From positions 29,883,528-29,947,527 of the forward strand of contig NC_091142.1 of the NCBI RefSeq assembly GCF_041381155.1: DNA of 64,000 nt, read 5' to 3'. Positions 49,701-62,760 of the stretch are shown here, one piece after another. The notes below the pieces were generated by a model. That model did not search any database, was not told where the DNA came from, and worked only from the letters and a program-made list of their open reading frames with translations. Source of the DNA: Argopecten irradians. Lineage: Eukaryota. Positions within the stretch are counted from its first letter, which is position 1, and each line of letters opens with the position of its first letter. A program made the translations under genes and the position numbers.

Positions 49701-50822
49701 AATGTTGAATGTCGTATGTCGAGCTGCACAACATTCAAAAGTCCGTCCGTTTGTCAGTTATATATAAGTTCCGAATGTTGAATGTCGTATGTCGAGCTGC
49801 GCAACATTCAAAAGTCCGTTCGTTTGTCAATTATACATACGTTCTGAATGTTGAATGTCGAATGTCGAGCTGCACAACATTCAAAAGTCCGTTCGTTAGT
49901 CAGTTATATATAAGTTCCGAATGTTGAATGTCGTATGTCGAGCTGCACAACATTCAAAAGTCCGTTCGTTTGTCAGTTATATATAAGTTCTGAATGTTGA
50001 ATGTCGAATGTCGAGCTGCACAACATTCAAAAGTCCGTTCGTTTATCAGTTATACATAAGTTCTGAATGTTGAATGTCGTATGTCGAGCTGCGCAACATT
50101 CAGATTCTGTTGTCGTTGGCCAGTTATTGGTTTTGAATGTTGAATGTCGTATGTCGAGCTGCGCAACATTCAAAAGTCCGTTCGTTTGTCAGTTATACAT
50201 AAGTTCTGAATGTTGAATGTCGAATGTCGAGCTGCACAACATTCAAAAGTCCGTTCGTTAGTCAGTTATACATAAGTTCTGAATGTTGAATGTCGTATGT
50301 CGAGCTGCACAACATTCAAAAGTCCGTTCGTCTGTAAGTTATATATAAGTTCCGAATGTTGAATGTCGTATGTCGAGCTGCACAACATTCAAAAGTCCGT
50401 TCGTCTGTCAGTTATATATAAGTTCCGAATGTTGAATGTCGTATGTCGAGCTGCACAACATTCAAAAGTCCGTTCGTCTGTCAGTTATATATAAGTTCCG
50501 AATGAATGTTGAATGTCGTATGTCGAGCTGCACAACATTCAAAAGTCCGTTCGTCTGTCAGTTATATATAAGTTCCGAATGTTGAATGTCGTATGTCGAG
50601 CTGCACAACATTCAAAAGTCTGTTCGTCTGTCAGTTATATATAAGTTCCGAATGTTGAATGTCGTATGTCGAGCTGCACAACATTCAAAAGTCCGTTCGT
50701 CTGTCAGTTATATATAGGTTCCGAATGTTGAATGTCGTATGTCGAGCTGCACACCATTCAAAAGGCCGTCGGTGGCCAACGATATTTGAATGTTGAATGT
50801 CGAATGTCGTATATCGAGCCAA
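46709..50822 (-). repeat. Satellite array B: the same 73-bp monomer in reverse-complement orientation, about 56 copies
   Basis: Units read gaatgttgaatgtcgtatgtcgagctgcacaacattcaaaagtccgttcgtctgtcagttatatataagttcc, the reverse complement of the array A monomer. The subvariant gattctgttgtcgttggccagttattggttttgaatg also appears as a reverse complement. The outer junction 50760-50835 is the exact reverse complement of 38140-38215. Confidence 0.95.
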
Positions 50823-51490
50823 CTTCACACAACGTTGTTTGTTTATGGGTTGGACTTTCTATATTTTTTTATATTGTTTTTGTACCAGCTTATTGTATAT
50901 TATCTGTGATAGATTTCACCATAGATTACCTTTATTCACCAAAAACAAACTTTTGGTATACTATGTATAGCTGTATTCTCTTCACAACTTGTCCATTTCA
51001 CTCCAGCTGAGAGTGTGGAAATGGATTCAGTGTTAACAATTTTTTCTTGTTTTTGTGAATCCTATTAAACTTGATACAAAATATTTTACATTTGTTGTTT
51101 ATTCGCTTTCTACATGAAGACGAGTCTAACCTCCATATCTCAAACTCATATAACTTGAAGAATGCATGTTTTAATGTAGTGTGTTGGTCTATCTTTACTT
51201 AAAACTTTCATTCAACAAAATCTGACTTGGAGACGACAAACCTGCCATAGCGACCACTTCTGTATAAGGACCAACTACTTATTAAGACCACTTTTGTAGG
51301 GTCCCAAATGACTTCAACACAATTTAACTCTAGTAGTATGTATAGACCACTTGGCTTACTTTTCTCTTGGCTGATCTTTATAGACAGGTTTAGTATATTC
51401 AAGTTAACTAATTTGAGTTCTTGGATAACTTGATGTGTTACCAAAGTCTTGTCAACGTTTGTGGTTTGACTGCAGTGTTTAAGGTGTCTT

Positions 51491-51516
51491 TTTAAAAAAA
51501 AAAAAAAAAAAAAAAA
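51491..51516. repeat. poly(A) tract of about 25 nt
   Basis: Seen directly. Confidence 0.9.
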
Positions 51517-54500
51517 CCAATACTTTATTCCCCAGACATGATAAGCTTATAATTAGATGACTGCCAGGGTTGGGACCCTGGATTCAGCATCCGTACATAA
51601 TTGTCCTCTTGCAAGAGGGCTTTCATTCAACATTCATTTCCCTATATTCTCTCTAACCTTCCAATCATTCACTTACTCTTTCTAATTCTTTATATTATTC
51701 ATTAATACATTCATTCTGTGAATCTTTCATACTCATTACAGTTCTTTCATTCGTAATTCATCCTCGAATTCTGTAGCTAATTCCTTAATTCTTAAATCTA
51801 TTTAAAATATTCTGAACATAATTTATTGATACAATTTTCTTTTTCTTTGATTATTTAAATATTTCTAAATTACTTTGAAATAGGTATTGGACTTTAGTAT
51901 ATATATGATCAACAGCAATTTCTATTTTGTTATACTTAATTTCATTTCTACATTTCCAAATGGACCATTTGAAGGACAATAATGCGGTATTGAGAAGAAC
52001 TAAAGGTGTTAAGGTGTCTTATCATTCTCTATATCCCTCAACATCTGGGTTACAAGTTTGAGACTTAGCTACTATATGTGGTCACAGCTGCCAGGTGCTG
52101 ACCATTGGTCAATGGTTTCTTTCAATTCGGTCTCCTCTGCTTCCATATTATAACAACATGAATTTAAAGCAAAAAGATAACAAAAAATATAATTTTGAAT
52201 TCAGTTTTTTTTTTATTGTGAAAAATTATATTTTACATCAAATACCACTGCATGACCTATAATGTGACTATAACAATGAAAACAAAACTAGCTGTAATTA
52301 ATGCTGGACGCTGACTGGATAAGATAGACACAGGTACAAATATACATCTACAAGATGCTATGGTTAATGGGTACCTTATTCGGCCCAATAAACGCCCAGT
52401 CCATGTATAAATGCCCCTCCCCTTTTTTGAGGCCTCTATTTCACTTTTTTTCCCCACTACAATTGTAATTCAATATAAATGCAAACTGAAAATTTCAAAT
52501 ATGAAAACTGTGTAGTATATTTTTTATATGGTTTCTTTTGTGAATTGATCAATTCTATGAAATTTAGTTCTATTAACCCCCTTACTTTTTTCAATTTTTA
52601 AGCACACTTGGGGCTTATTTGGTCGAATACGGTAACTATAAATGTTAATTTCATTAGGATGTCTTCAGTTGAAGACCTGATAGTTAAAAGAAAATCTTTA
52701 GTTATAGGTACATGTTAAACAGAACATTATAAATTATAGGTATATAGTCAACAGTAGATGTAGCAGACAATAGTAATTAACTATATATATATGTAATTGT
52801 AAATCAGGTTTGTTCAAATATTGAAATTTTATTACTTTCTCAAAGGAAACTTACCATATTCGACCAAATTAGCGCCCAGGGCGTTTAACAATTTGAAAAA
52901 ATGAAAAGATGCATACTAAGATGAAATTATTGCAAAAACAGAGTGCAAACCTATACAGTTTTGATACTTTTAAGTCTTTATTTACGCCCGGGCAATTAAA
53001 ATTGAGGAATCAAAAGGGGAAGGCGTGCTTATTGGATCGAATACAGTAATCAAAATAGTGTGGAGGATACCACGACTACTGACAGATCTTCTAGAAATGG
53101 ATTGGTCAATTTTGATGTTAAAACCTGAGGTCCTGGGTTTTATCCAAGAGGTGACAATGAAATTAATGAACGATTAACGATAAATTCCAACACAAATGAT
53201 TGCAAGATCTTACTAATTACCAGGTATGCTTGCACAGCTACAGGTCAGAGACTCAGTCTCACCAAGTACCAATTCTCGCCATCGCATGTGTGTTTGTGTT
53301 TTTTCACACAACTTTTCATGCAATATTTGGTGGAAACCTGCATGGCAGCATCTTCTATCAGAATATGACTATAAATTTTTTTATAACCATTCAAATACAC
53401 ATGTGATGGTGAGAATTGGTCACCTGCTAGTGTATATAAGGAAATTACACACAAACTTACACAATGTGCGTCTACACAATTTCTGTAATCACTTATAAAA
53501 TAAGATTGGCACAATCACTGGGAAAAAATAATTTAAAAATTGCACAAAGGAATTTACAGCAGTATTTATCCAGCCTCTCTATATCAACTTTGATAATTGG
53601 CCCACTCTGAGTATGAAATAGAAAATTATCAAGAATTGAAACTTTTTTTATGATAGAGTGCAATGTTCATCAAATATGATGATATTTATTTTTGAAGAAA
53701 ACTAATTGCATTAATGATTCTATCTTATATTAATGGATTTTCCCATTTTGAAATTGCTCTAAAAATAATTTATCAAAAATGCTTATATTTAGTGAATTAA
53801 TATGAATATTAATGGTTTTATCTACATCATAACGTATATTTTATTTTCAGAAGAAAATTGGGCAAAATAATTAAATTTCACACATTTAGTCGAAGTACAA
53901 AATTTAACTGTTTAACACTGCAGGAATGTTTGAATTCATAGAAAAATGTTGAACTGCAATTATCCTTAAAATCAAATAAAATGATGAAAGATCAGAAATA
54001 AAAAACACAAGATATAAACTATTCGTAAATATTGTTACCAGGAAAATGGAAAATGATACACACAGACACAAAAACAAAATTTACATAATGTATGTAATGA
54101 TATAAATCATTAATGATTGAATAAAAAAATCATTTCAACATTATTACAGTTGAACCTATTTACTAATTGGCTCAAAGACCATGTTTAATTCAGAAGAACA
54201 TTTATTGGTCCTGGACAACCTAAATAATTATCAAAATAAACATAACTCTAAAAACAGCGATTATTCAAGGTTTGTCCATGGTCCTTCGAACTGAGTCAAT
54301 GAGGTTTGTCTGATTACAAAACATGAGTTTATCTTGAGAATTTTATATCATGCAATTATAAAATAATAATATGAAGTTAAAATCAAATTTATCACAATTT
54401 TACTTCAATACTAAAATCATTATTAACACATCTTTGTATTACATAGTGTCCACCACTCAGTAATATAAGGTTATTCTTCTTTACATATTACAAGAGTTAT

Positions 54501-57369
54501 CTGCCCTTATAGGTATAGTACACTCAACATAGGTTTGATCTATTCATAAATAAAGAGTTTGTTTGAGAGACTTACATCATTTTTTTAATCAAAATTATGA
54601 CGCTACGGTTACAATCACATAATTTATGATAACAATCAGTATCTATACCCAAAAGGGCAGATAACTGTGTAACAAGCAAAACTGAGTAAGCTCTCTAATA
54701 GTTGGTGTCATTAAAATGTCACACTGTAAGTAACAGTGACCTATTTTTTTTCCAATGAAACAAGTCGCCATCCTTACCTAAGTGAGCGGTCAGAATCATT
54801 GGTCTAAGTATGACAAACTTTTAGAAACTTTTACCTCAGTTTTTAGATCATTTGTTCATGTACATTGTATGTAGCATATAATACAGTTATATCTTTCAAG
54901 ATTTAGCTCCCAGATGACGTGTGTGATGAACGAATATGTACTATTTTTATGCACATTACTAAAATGTTTTTCATCGGTAGTCAAAATCTTATAAAAATAT
55001 TAATATGATCTATTTTGACATTACAATGATGGCAGCATAGAGGAACACAACACAAAATCCATTACCCAATACATCTACACCAGCTGAGTGTACGTTAAAC
55101 AGGTCTTTGGGTAGGGTAAACATTTGGGCTATGTTAAATGATGTAGGGCCAATGTTAGTTTACTATATATTACATTGGAGATAAAGGAACGCCTGAGTAC
55201 TTGGAGAAAATCCACAGACCTACAGTGAGTACTTAGCAATCTATATGTGGGTTTCAAACTCGTAATACATCATTCTTGAACTGTATTAATAATTATGTAA
55301 GATTTTCATCAAGAAAAACATATCTCGCCAGTAACATATAAAGAATTCATTTTTTTTTTCACCAAAGAAAAGGTCAACTTGTTATAATACATGGTATGTA
55401 CAAATAGTACTTGGTACCCCAAAACAAAAGAAAAAGAAACACACTAAAATTATATAAATATCATATGTTATTCTTTTTAAATACTAACATAGTTGAGTTA
55501 ATACTTTAACAGATTCATTGTATAAAAAAAGAAGAAAAAATATAAATAAGCATCTGACTCGTTATAAAAACATAAACAAACATAAAATTTGCTAAAACAT
55601 GATGGCACATTATATCATCCTATCCTCCATTAAATCAATGTTACACAAGAGTTCGTATAGACAACATAAAATCACATTACATCGGACATTAAATGAATCT
55701 CAACAAATCATTTTTACTAATAGATGAAATTAGCTAATCTACACATCAAGATTAGTTTAGAATATTTTTCCATCACATATACATTGTATGACAAACCAGC
55801 CTGTATCCAGCACACGACTTTCATATACAGTACTGAATACCTGGTTATTTTCGTGGGGACAATATTTTCATGATTTCGCGGGTGATCAACTTGATCGCAA
55901 TAATTTTTATCAGAGAAAAAATTATTCTAGAGTAACGGTCCAGGAATGGATCAATCGCTGGCGACCAGGCAACTCAAATGCTAGCAAATGTTCAGAGGGT
56001 CCCAGAAATGAAGCCCGGTCAGGTTGTGTATTTACACTAGTATTCAACACATGTATACTACTTTTGGAGCTTATAATACACACTCTATCTACAGAACATA
56101 TTTTTATTCATTGATGCAAGAGTATAAGTTGTCTCCCTCTAGTTACAACAGCCGAGATGAACAGAGGCTTTACAACAGCAGAGAAGAACAGAGGCTTTGC
56201 CTTCAACTGAGTAGAAATTGAAAAGATTTTACTTTACTCCTCAAACATAACAAACCTGTTCTGTGCAGTCAAAGAGCAGTCTACATATTCTCCGTATTGA
56301 CACTCAGGAGCAAAAACAAAGGGACATAACTCCGATTAACAGAAATGTTATTTTCCTCAAGCCAACAGTGAAGATTTATTGTTCTCTCCAGTATATATTG
56401 ATGTTTTACTGTTCTGTGAAAATCCAATTATCATAAATAAATCTACAAACAACATCAAAGAAATATTCCACACCATGAAACCGTCGAATTCAATTACCTT
56501 AGGTATTTTCCCCTTTTATGGCCACATTGAAAAAAATGGTATTAATGGATCTTCGAAAATACTGAAGTAAAAAAGAATCCCAAAAAAAAAAATACAAACT
56601 ATGACTTCATTGATTTGTCCAGCATATCATGTTATATGGAAATTAAAAGATGTCATGAATTTATCACATTCAACTGGATGTAATAAATATTAATGAAATA
56701 CATTACAAAAATATATCATTCAAAAGATGTGACATCATGTCCTTATAATTTATCAATGATGCATCCTCAAGAAAAATAGCATAATGATGAAACATGACAT
56801 GAAATTGCAGATTTGATTACTTATATGTACACACTTTTTGATTAAAAATCAAATTTCAGATTTTGATTGATAATTCTACGTTTTAATCATAATCTATGAT
56901 AATATTTATTTACCAAAATACAAAATTAATGTAGTCAAATTATAAAACAGTCGATCTTAAATACAACTTAATGATTGAAACAGCTGATGTATATAGATCA
57001 ATAAATTCAAATTAATTGACATATCATAATATACCTCAGTACTATTATTTTGATTATTGAATCTGTTTAACCAGATGTATGATTTCAGAATTCAGTTATT
57101 CTACTATTACTTGTATGTCAAACATTGGTTGCTAAGCTTTTAAGCTAATGACCATAAATACATTGTATATAAATACAGGATTCATCAGCATTATGAAGAG
57201 GAAACCAAACTAGTCATGGCTAGTAAATTTAATGGGGGTTTTTCTGTTCCACCTTTTTTGAAACTTTGTACAATTTCTGATTATTCTTATTTTATGGAAA
57301 TTTTCATCATGTTTCAAATACAGGCACTGCGACAACAAATAAAGGATAAAGTAGAATGAACATGACAGG

Positions 57370-57433
57370 TTGGGCGTGGTTGGGAGGGGGCGGGGTAGGT
57401 AGGCCTTGGTGTGGGGTAGGGTGGGGTAGGGAG
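57370..57433 (+). repeat. G-rich block with at least four GGG/GGGG runs, a quadruplex-type motif
   Basis: ttgggcgtggttgggagggggcggggtaggtaggccttggtgtggggtagggtggggtagggagg. Confidence 0.6.
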
Positions 57434-58835
57434 GCAGTTACGTTGAATAATGAGGATTGAACTTTTTCAAACATTGTATCAGGAGAACACAATTATTTCC
57501 ATATCAATAATTTATCAATAATCATTTTTTTCTCTCAAAATAAAACATAATTCATAAAATAATACCTTATTGCTTTCTTTTCTTTTACAGTAGACTTTCC
57601 CACATCAAAATATCTAAGGTGGAGCTCACTTATTACAGCTAGAATACAATATAAAGCTTAATTTCAACTCTGGTATGTTAAAATACTTAATTTGAAATTA
57701 AACAATAATCTCTTATCCTAAGTTTTTATACATGTAGTTCTGTCTCTCCTAATGATTTCAATACAGCTGGGTCCAACTGTACTTGATTGTGTTAAAATCT
57801 GCAACGGTTGTCATCAGGTAATACATGTATCTAAATAAATCTATATTCCACCTGCTATATCCAACAGGTGCTTGATGACGTCATTATAACATCAAGTGAT
57901 TGTCATTTGCTGTACAGTATATACATGCCATGTTAAATTGAAGGGGAACGAGCTTTACACAAGTTGGAAAACCATTGTATATAAAATATGAAAAAGAAAT
58001 AAGTTTAAATTAAAAGGGAAGTAAATCTCATAGTTATTAGGAATAATGACAGAAGTTTTGTCTATTATCTATGACACATGTTATTACGGATGTAGATGAA
58101 CCTAGCTAGGACAGTAAATCTTACTACTGGAAAAGTAAATACTTTGCTGAACAGTATAATTGTCATTAATCAAGTAAGCATATGACAAATATTGCTCACC
58201 CAAAATTACACAAAAACAAAAAACTCAACTTTTCCACATCCCTGGTTCTGATTATTGGAAACAAACTTATTTTTTCCCCTTGATATGTAACGTATATGAT
58301 ACATTTTGTTTTTTTTTACACTCAAGTTTGTTTTGAGAAATCTGGCTCTGATATATAAAGATAAATTGTTGTGCACCTGTTTAATGTGTGAATTAACAGG
58401 ACCTATAGAAGTGTTAAGGGTCTACTGATAAAATATCTTCACTTGGTAACATATTTTATTGTTTCTTAGTTATATCTAAAATAAATTCCTATGTTTCAAA
58501 CTTGAAACCCTCCTTATGAATGGCATGCAAATTCACACATATTAATAATAATCTAAAGGAAGGTTGAGACAGCATCATATTTACCATATGTTAATTTCAT
58601 TTTGAGGAAAAAATATGGCTAAAATGAGACAAGTTGTATATTATCAGTAAACAGTCGATATCAAACCTCTAACCATTCGAACCACTGTTTTCATCTCTAC
58701 AGCTATTACATACTCATCCCAACCAGAGCCATATCCTTATTACAACTTGTGATTCCATGACTTCAGGTACAAATGTTTCTTGAATGAATTATAACAAACA
58801 GCTTACACACAGGATGTTCCTATCCATAATAATCC

Positions 58836-59038
58836 TTAACTCTTGAAGGTATGAACAACTCGCACCACATACTGTCGACAGATTGGACACTCGTTGAGAC
58901 GACGGCCACATTGTGTGCAGGAGATCATGTGACCACATTCAAGAAGTACACAGTCAATAGCAGCATCCATACAGATTTTACAAATGTCATCTTCTCCCTT
59001 TTCTCCTCCAGGGTTTGTTTCTCCATTCACGTCTGCAG
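58836..59038 (-). CDS. RNF34: RNF34/RFFL (CARP)-like E3 ubiquitin ligase, terminal coding exon (C3HC4 RING)
   Basis: (A)[66 protein letters not shown] compares with human RNF34 [48 protein letters not shown]. Acceptor tatttttttgatag|CT on the - strand. TAA at 58836-58838. Confidence 0.85.
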
Positions 59039-59797
59039 CTATCAAAAAAATATTCATTTTAATATGTACATTGTATAGGTTAAATTTTTTTTTAATGATA
59101 ACTGTCAGTTGGTGGCAATAATTGGGACAGAGGAATGTTTTCAGTCTTTAAAGTTCCCTAAAGTATCCTTTGGGTCAGAGAATTTTTGTTTACAGTCTTT
59201 CAAGTACCCCTAAATAAAAGACAGAGCACAAAAAAAAATCCTTCATTTGTCTAGGGAGCATTTGTAGCTCAGGTTGTTATGGGAAAGTGAGGATAACGGT
59301 GAAAAATACAGCTGAATTTTTATATCCTTGTTAGCAAAAGGGCATATCATTTAAACAAATTTCAACTAATATTTAACTAAATTGGATATTTTTTTTTATT
59401 TGAAAACTTTTTCTTTCCTATTCCATTTCCCCCTTTTACTTAAATTTGGTAGAGAATACATGTACTTACTTTCTGGTGAATCTATATCCTTAACTGTAAT
59501 GTAAAAGTAAATAATGAATGATAAGTAAATAATAATAGGTAAAAATTATAGACATGGTTGGCAAAATCACTAAAATATCATCCCTTAAACTTAAACTAAT
59601 CCGCTATACAGTACATTTTGTATTTCATTGATCAATCTTATACAATCTGGGAAACAGCATCAAAAACATAACAAAAACATTATTTTGTGAACTAAAGTCA
59701 TCTTCTGTTACATTAAAAGCCATTGTTTGAAATATGAACAAACTACATTTTTCCCCACTGGTCCTGAACCACCTATCTATTGTGGTAATTGCCATAC

Positions 59798-59993
59798 CTT
59801 TTTGTTCGTTGGCTTTGTGTTCCTTCCAAAGTCTCTTCACTCTGTCGACTAGCTCCGGTTTTTCACAGCACCCTTTGTAATTAACGAAGTTTGTAACTAA
59901 TACTTCTTTTAGCTGCCGGACTGTGAGGCTGTCTACATCCTCTAGTGTTTTTATTTCCCCCAGGTTCATCCTCACACGAGCTGTAGCCGTCTC
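59798..59993 (-). CDS. RNF34: RNF34/RFFL-like, coding exon 4 ([65 protein letters not shown]-)
   Basis: Compare human [42 protein letters not shown]. Donor AAAAG|gtatgg, phase 1. The acceptor is either gcgccccag|GAG (59993) or, 9 nt upstream, ctacag|GCG (60002). Both are in frame. Confidence 0.7.
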
Positions 59994-60256
59994 CTGGGGC
60001 GCCTGTAGTTTTAATTCGGTTCAAATAAAATTATTCAAATACCAACCTTGTGGTTTTCAATAATTGTGAAAGAATGCAATCAAAATGTGATTATTCTTTC
60101 CACTGCCCTATCTTAAGACTGTTAGCTAATATCCGATGGTCTTTTAAGTAAGCATTTTGAAGTTTCATCGTTATTGAACATTATTAAGCAATATAGGACA
60201 ATCCTTGTGTGTGGAATCATAGATTATATGCTTCCAAAAGGTAAGAAAATAAGCAC

Positions 60257-60493
60257 CTCCTCCTCTTCTTCCTCCCCAAGTATTTCCTGCCTAAGTATGG
60301 CTCGTCTCATCTCTTCTTCTTGCCTCTGTCTCAGCCTTTCCTGCCGATCAGCCTCGGTCTCTGGCCCCGGGGGTGGGCCTGGCTCCTGTGGACTAGTGTT
60401 TTGTGATCCCTGGGGTTGGTTATTGTGGTCCTGAGTGCCACCACTACTGACAGTACTACCAGACAAACTGCTAGGCTGTCTAGATAAAGACTC
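60257..60493 (-). CDS. RNF34: RNF34/RFFL-like, coding exon 3 (Ser/Gln-rich then acidic linker ESLSRQPSSLSGSTVSSGGTQDHNNQPQG...RQEILGEEEEEE)
   Basis: Acceptor ttttctacaatgttcag|GAGTCT and donor GAGGAG|gtgctt (a weak donor). 237 nt, phase 0-0. It corresponds to the low-complexity acidic linker of RNF34. Confidence 0.55.
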
Positions 60494-60999
60494 CTGAACA
60501 TTGTAGAAAAGATTTCATTAATTTATACATATATATACAGCAAAATATTCATTCAGTGTAAATCCATTTCCCATCTTTATCTATTCTGTGTGTGATGAAA
60601 CAGGCTACCAAGTATACACTTATAATTATTGTAAGGACTTTATGTGGTCTACTTTTAGAGAAGTTGGTGCTTAAATATATATTAAATAGCATTATTTTGT
60701 CTATAGTGCTACAATTGGTTCAATGGACAGATCTGAAACTTGTTAACAAAATATAAAACATTACATATTTCTTGGCGTTAACTTTCTTATTCTCCACCAA
60801 AGTAATTTTAATGGGAAAAGGGAAGGGGCACCTTTCTTAACGTAGTGCCCTTAACAGGTCAGACTGAATCTGAATTCATAGTCCAATCTAATCGCAAAAT
60901 TATGCAAAAATTTGTATTATTACAAAAATAAAGTGCATAAAGAATATATCCTAAATGCACACTAGTACTGCAGTGATCAATTGCTAATCTAAAACTCAC

Positions 61000-61287
61000 C
61001 AAATCTTCAACTTCTGCTGACTCCTGAGGGGATTTAGCAAAGTTGATAAACAGCAGATCTATGAGGTCATGCTTCTCCTTGCAAGTGCTGGTTGAGACAT
61101 TTCGTTTATTGAGCAAGATTCGTAATTCCTTGACCTTCCACTTCATTAAGTCTGAGCGGGTAAACTTGCCTGACATTAGCACTTTACAAGTATTACATTG
61201 TCTATATGTCATTCTGTTATTGTCTGGATCTCGGTATCGATGTACACAACTCGAGCAGAAAATCCTATCGCAATATTTACATATTTT
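61000..61287 (-). CDS. RNF34: RNF34/RFFL-like, coding exon 2 (second half of the FYVE-like zinc finger plus the helical region KICKYCDRIFCSSCVHRYRDPDNNRMTYRQCNTCKVLMSGKF...KEKHDLIDLLFINFAKSPQESAEVEDL)
   Basis: Compare human HVCCDCKKDFCSVCSV...RRCSTCHLL...LKVKDLRQYLILRNIPIDTCREKEDLVDLVL. Acceptor tcttttcttctctag|AAAATA and donor GATTTG|gtgagt. 288 nt. Confidence 0.75.
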
Positions 61288-62298
61288 CTAGAGAAGAAAA
61301 GAGAGAAAAAAGACAAATAAAACTATTTTTATATATATCATAAACACATTACAATAAGTAAACCTTTACAAAAATGAAAAATATTGTATTCAGAATTCCT
61401 CTTCACCAATTTATCAAGACTCTTTACATTATAGAGCTTGATATATAATGCCAAATTTCCAAGTTACAGTGTCAAGCATATAGTTACAGTAGGACTAAAT
61501 ATTTACATTGGACTAAACATTTACATACTGCATTCAAACTTTTTTTATAGCAATAAGTATTTGGATAATATTAGTAAATTTCCTTAAAATAAAAAAAAAA
61601 ACTATCAGAAAATGTAAACAAAAACATTGAACTGCTTTAAGTAGAAGTGGATAGTAGCCAAGAAGTTATAAATGAGAAGGATTTGTCAACGTCTCTTCAC
61701 ACTACTAAGCACCACGCAAGACGCCAATGAACCTGAAATTTTCTCAACAAATACTTGTCTTATTGAGTCAAATGAAACACCAATATAAAGCTTAATAAAT
61801 TTCACAACATCTAATCCTTGCTTTAAGGACGGAAGATTTAGAAGAAATGTCATAAATTTTCATTAAAAAATACGACAGCTCATGAAATGACTTCCCCCTT
61901 AAAACAGTAAGACAGTATGCCAGGCACCTGCATCAAAGGTTGAGCCAGCGGTTATCAAAGGAAATTCAGCCCAATGTTACATTCAGTATCCAAACACAAA
62001 AGCGCTCACCACTCCAAAACCCTGAGTTATCCTTTTCATCTATATCCTTGTCTTAGCTAATGAATTCAAAGTGATAACGACAGATATGGCTCCGATTTCT
62101 CGAAACAACAGTGCGGACTTAAGTCAAAATTTAAGTTTTTCTCCTTATGTAACTTATATGAAAACTTTAGACTTAAGTCAGTTTTGGAGTTTGTTTCGAG
62201 AAATCGGGGCATGATGCCTGTCCTCAATTCACACTTTGACCATCAGTCATCCACTGACGGAACACACTCTAATGCTTTAGTAATTGCAGCAAACCTAC

Positions 62299-62469
62299 CT
62301 TTCTTTTGAAAAGATTAAAATTTGTCTGACAGGCTTCACAAGACATGATTGTAGGAGGTGCTGAATGTTGTTGCTGGCCCTGATTGAAGTTCACATTTGT
62401 AGTGTAGCCCGACGGATGGAATGTGAAAGTCGCTGTGCCATTCTGGGCTCGAACTGCAGCTGCCCCCAT
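62299..62469 (-). CDS. RNF34: RNF34/RFFL-like, coding exon 1 (MGAAAVRAQNGTATFTFHPSGYTTNVNFNQGQQQHSAPPTIMSCEACQTNFNLFKRK)
   Basis: Contains the first CxxC pair of the FYVE-like finger (CEACQTNFNLFKRK compares with human CKACGLSFSVFRKK). Donor AGAAAG|gtaggt, phase 0, joins exon 2 precisely (FKRK|KICKYC). Confidence 0.7.
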
Positions 62470-62760
62470 CTGGTCAAACTCTCAAGGTCAGGCAAATATG
62501 TCAAGGTCATTCAGAAAATTGGGTAAAGGACTGTATTGCTCAGCTTTATGGTATTCGCAAGTTTTTGGCACAAGTACAGTTTCAGCAGTTAGGAACTTCA
62601 CAATGGCATCATCTAACAGGGGAAAAACAAGAATTGAGCTAATTAACAGGTAAATACAAAGATTGTTCATTGTTCATGTTACACATAACTATATTAATAA
62701 AGCCAAGTAAAATCAATATAACTGAATAATTTACATATAAAATTTTTTGATCAATTCAAC

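Noticed and set aside
38156-50822. Regular short direct repeats that could look like a CRISPR array
   Set aside because: The units are contiguous and there are no unique spacers. The sequence context is eukaryotic (spliced genes on both sides), and the period and variant structure are those of a tandem satellite.
38062-51010. Many 60-90-aa ORFs in the six-frame track with near-identical products (MSYVELHNIQKSVRLSVIYKFRMLNVVCRAAQHSKVRS..., MLNVVCRAAQHSKVRSFISYT...) on both strands
   Set aside because: They are read-throughs of the 73-bp satellite monomer. The period is not a multiple of 3, so the frames rotate, and the same peptide recurs because the DNA recurs. They have no start context or codon bias, and they mirror on the opposite strand in the inverted array.
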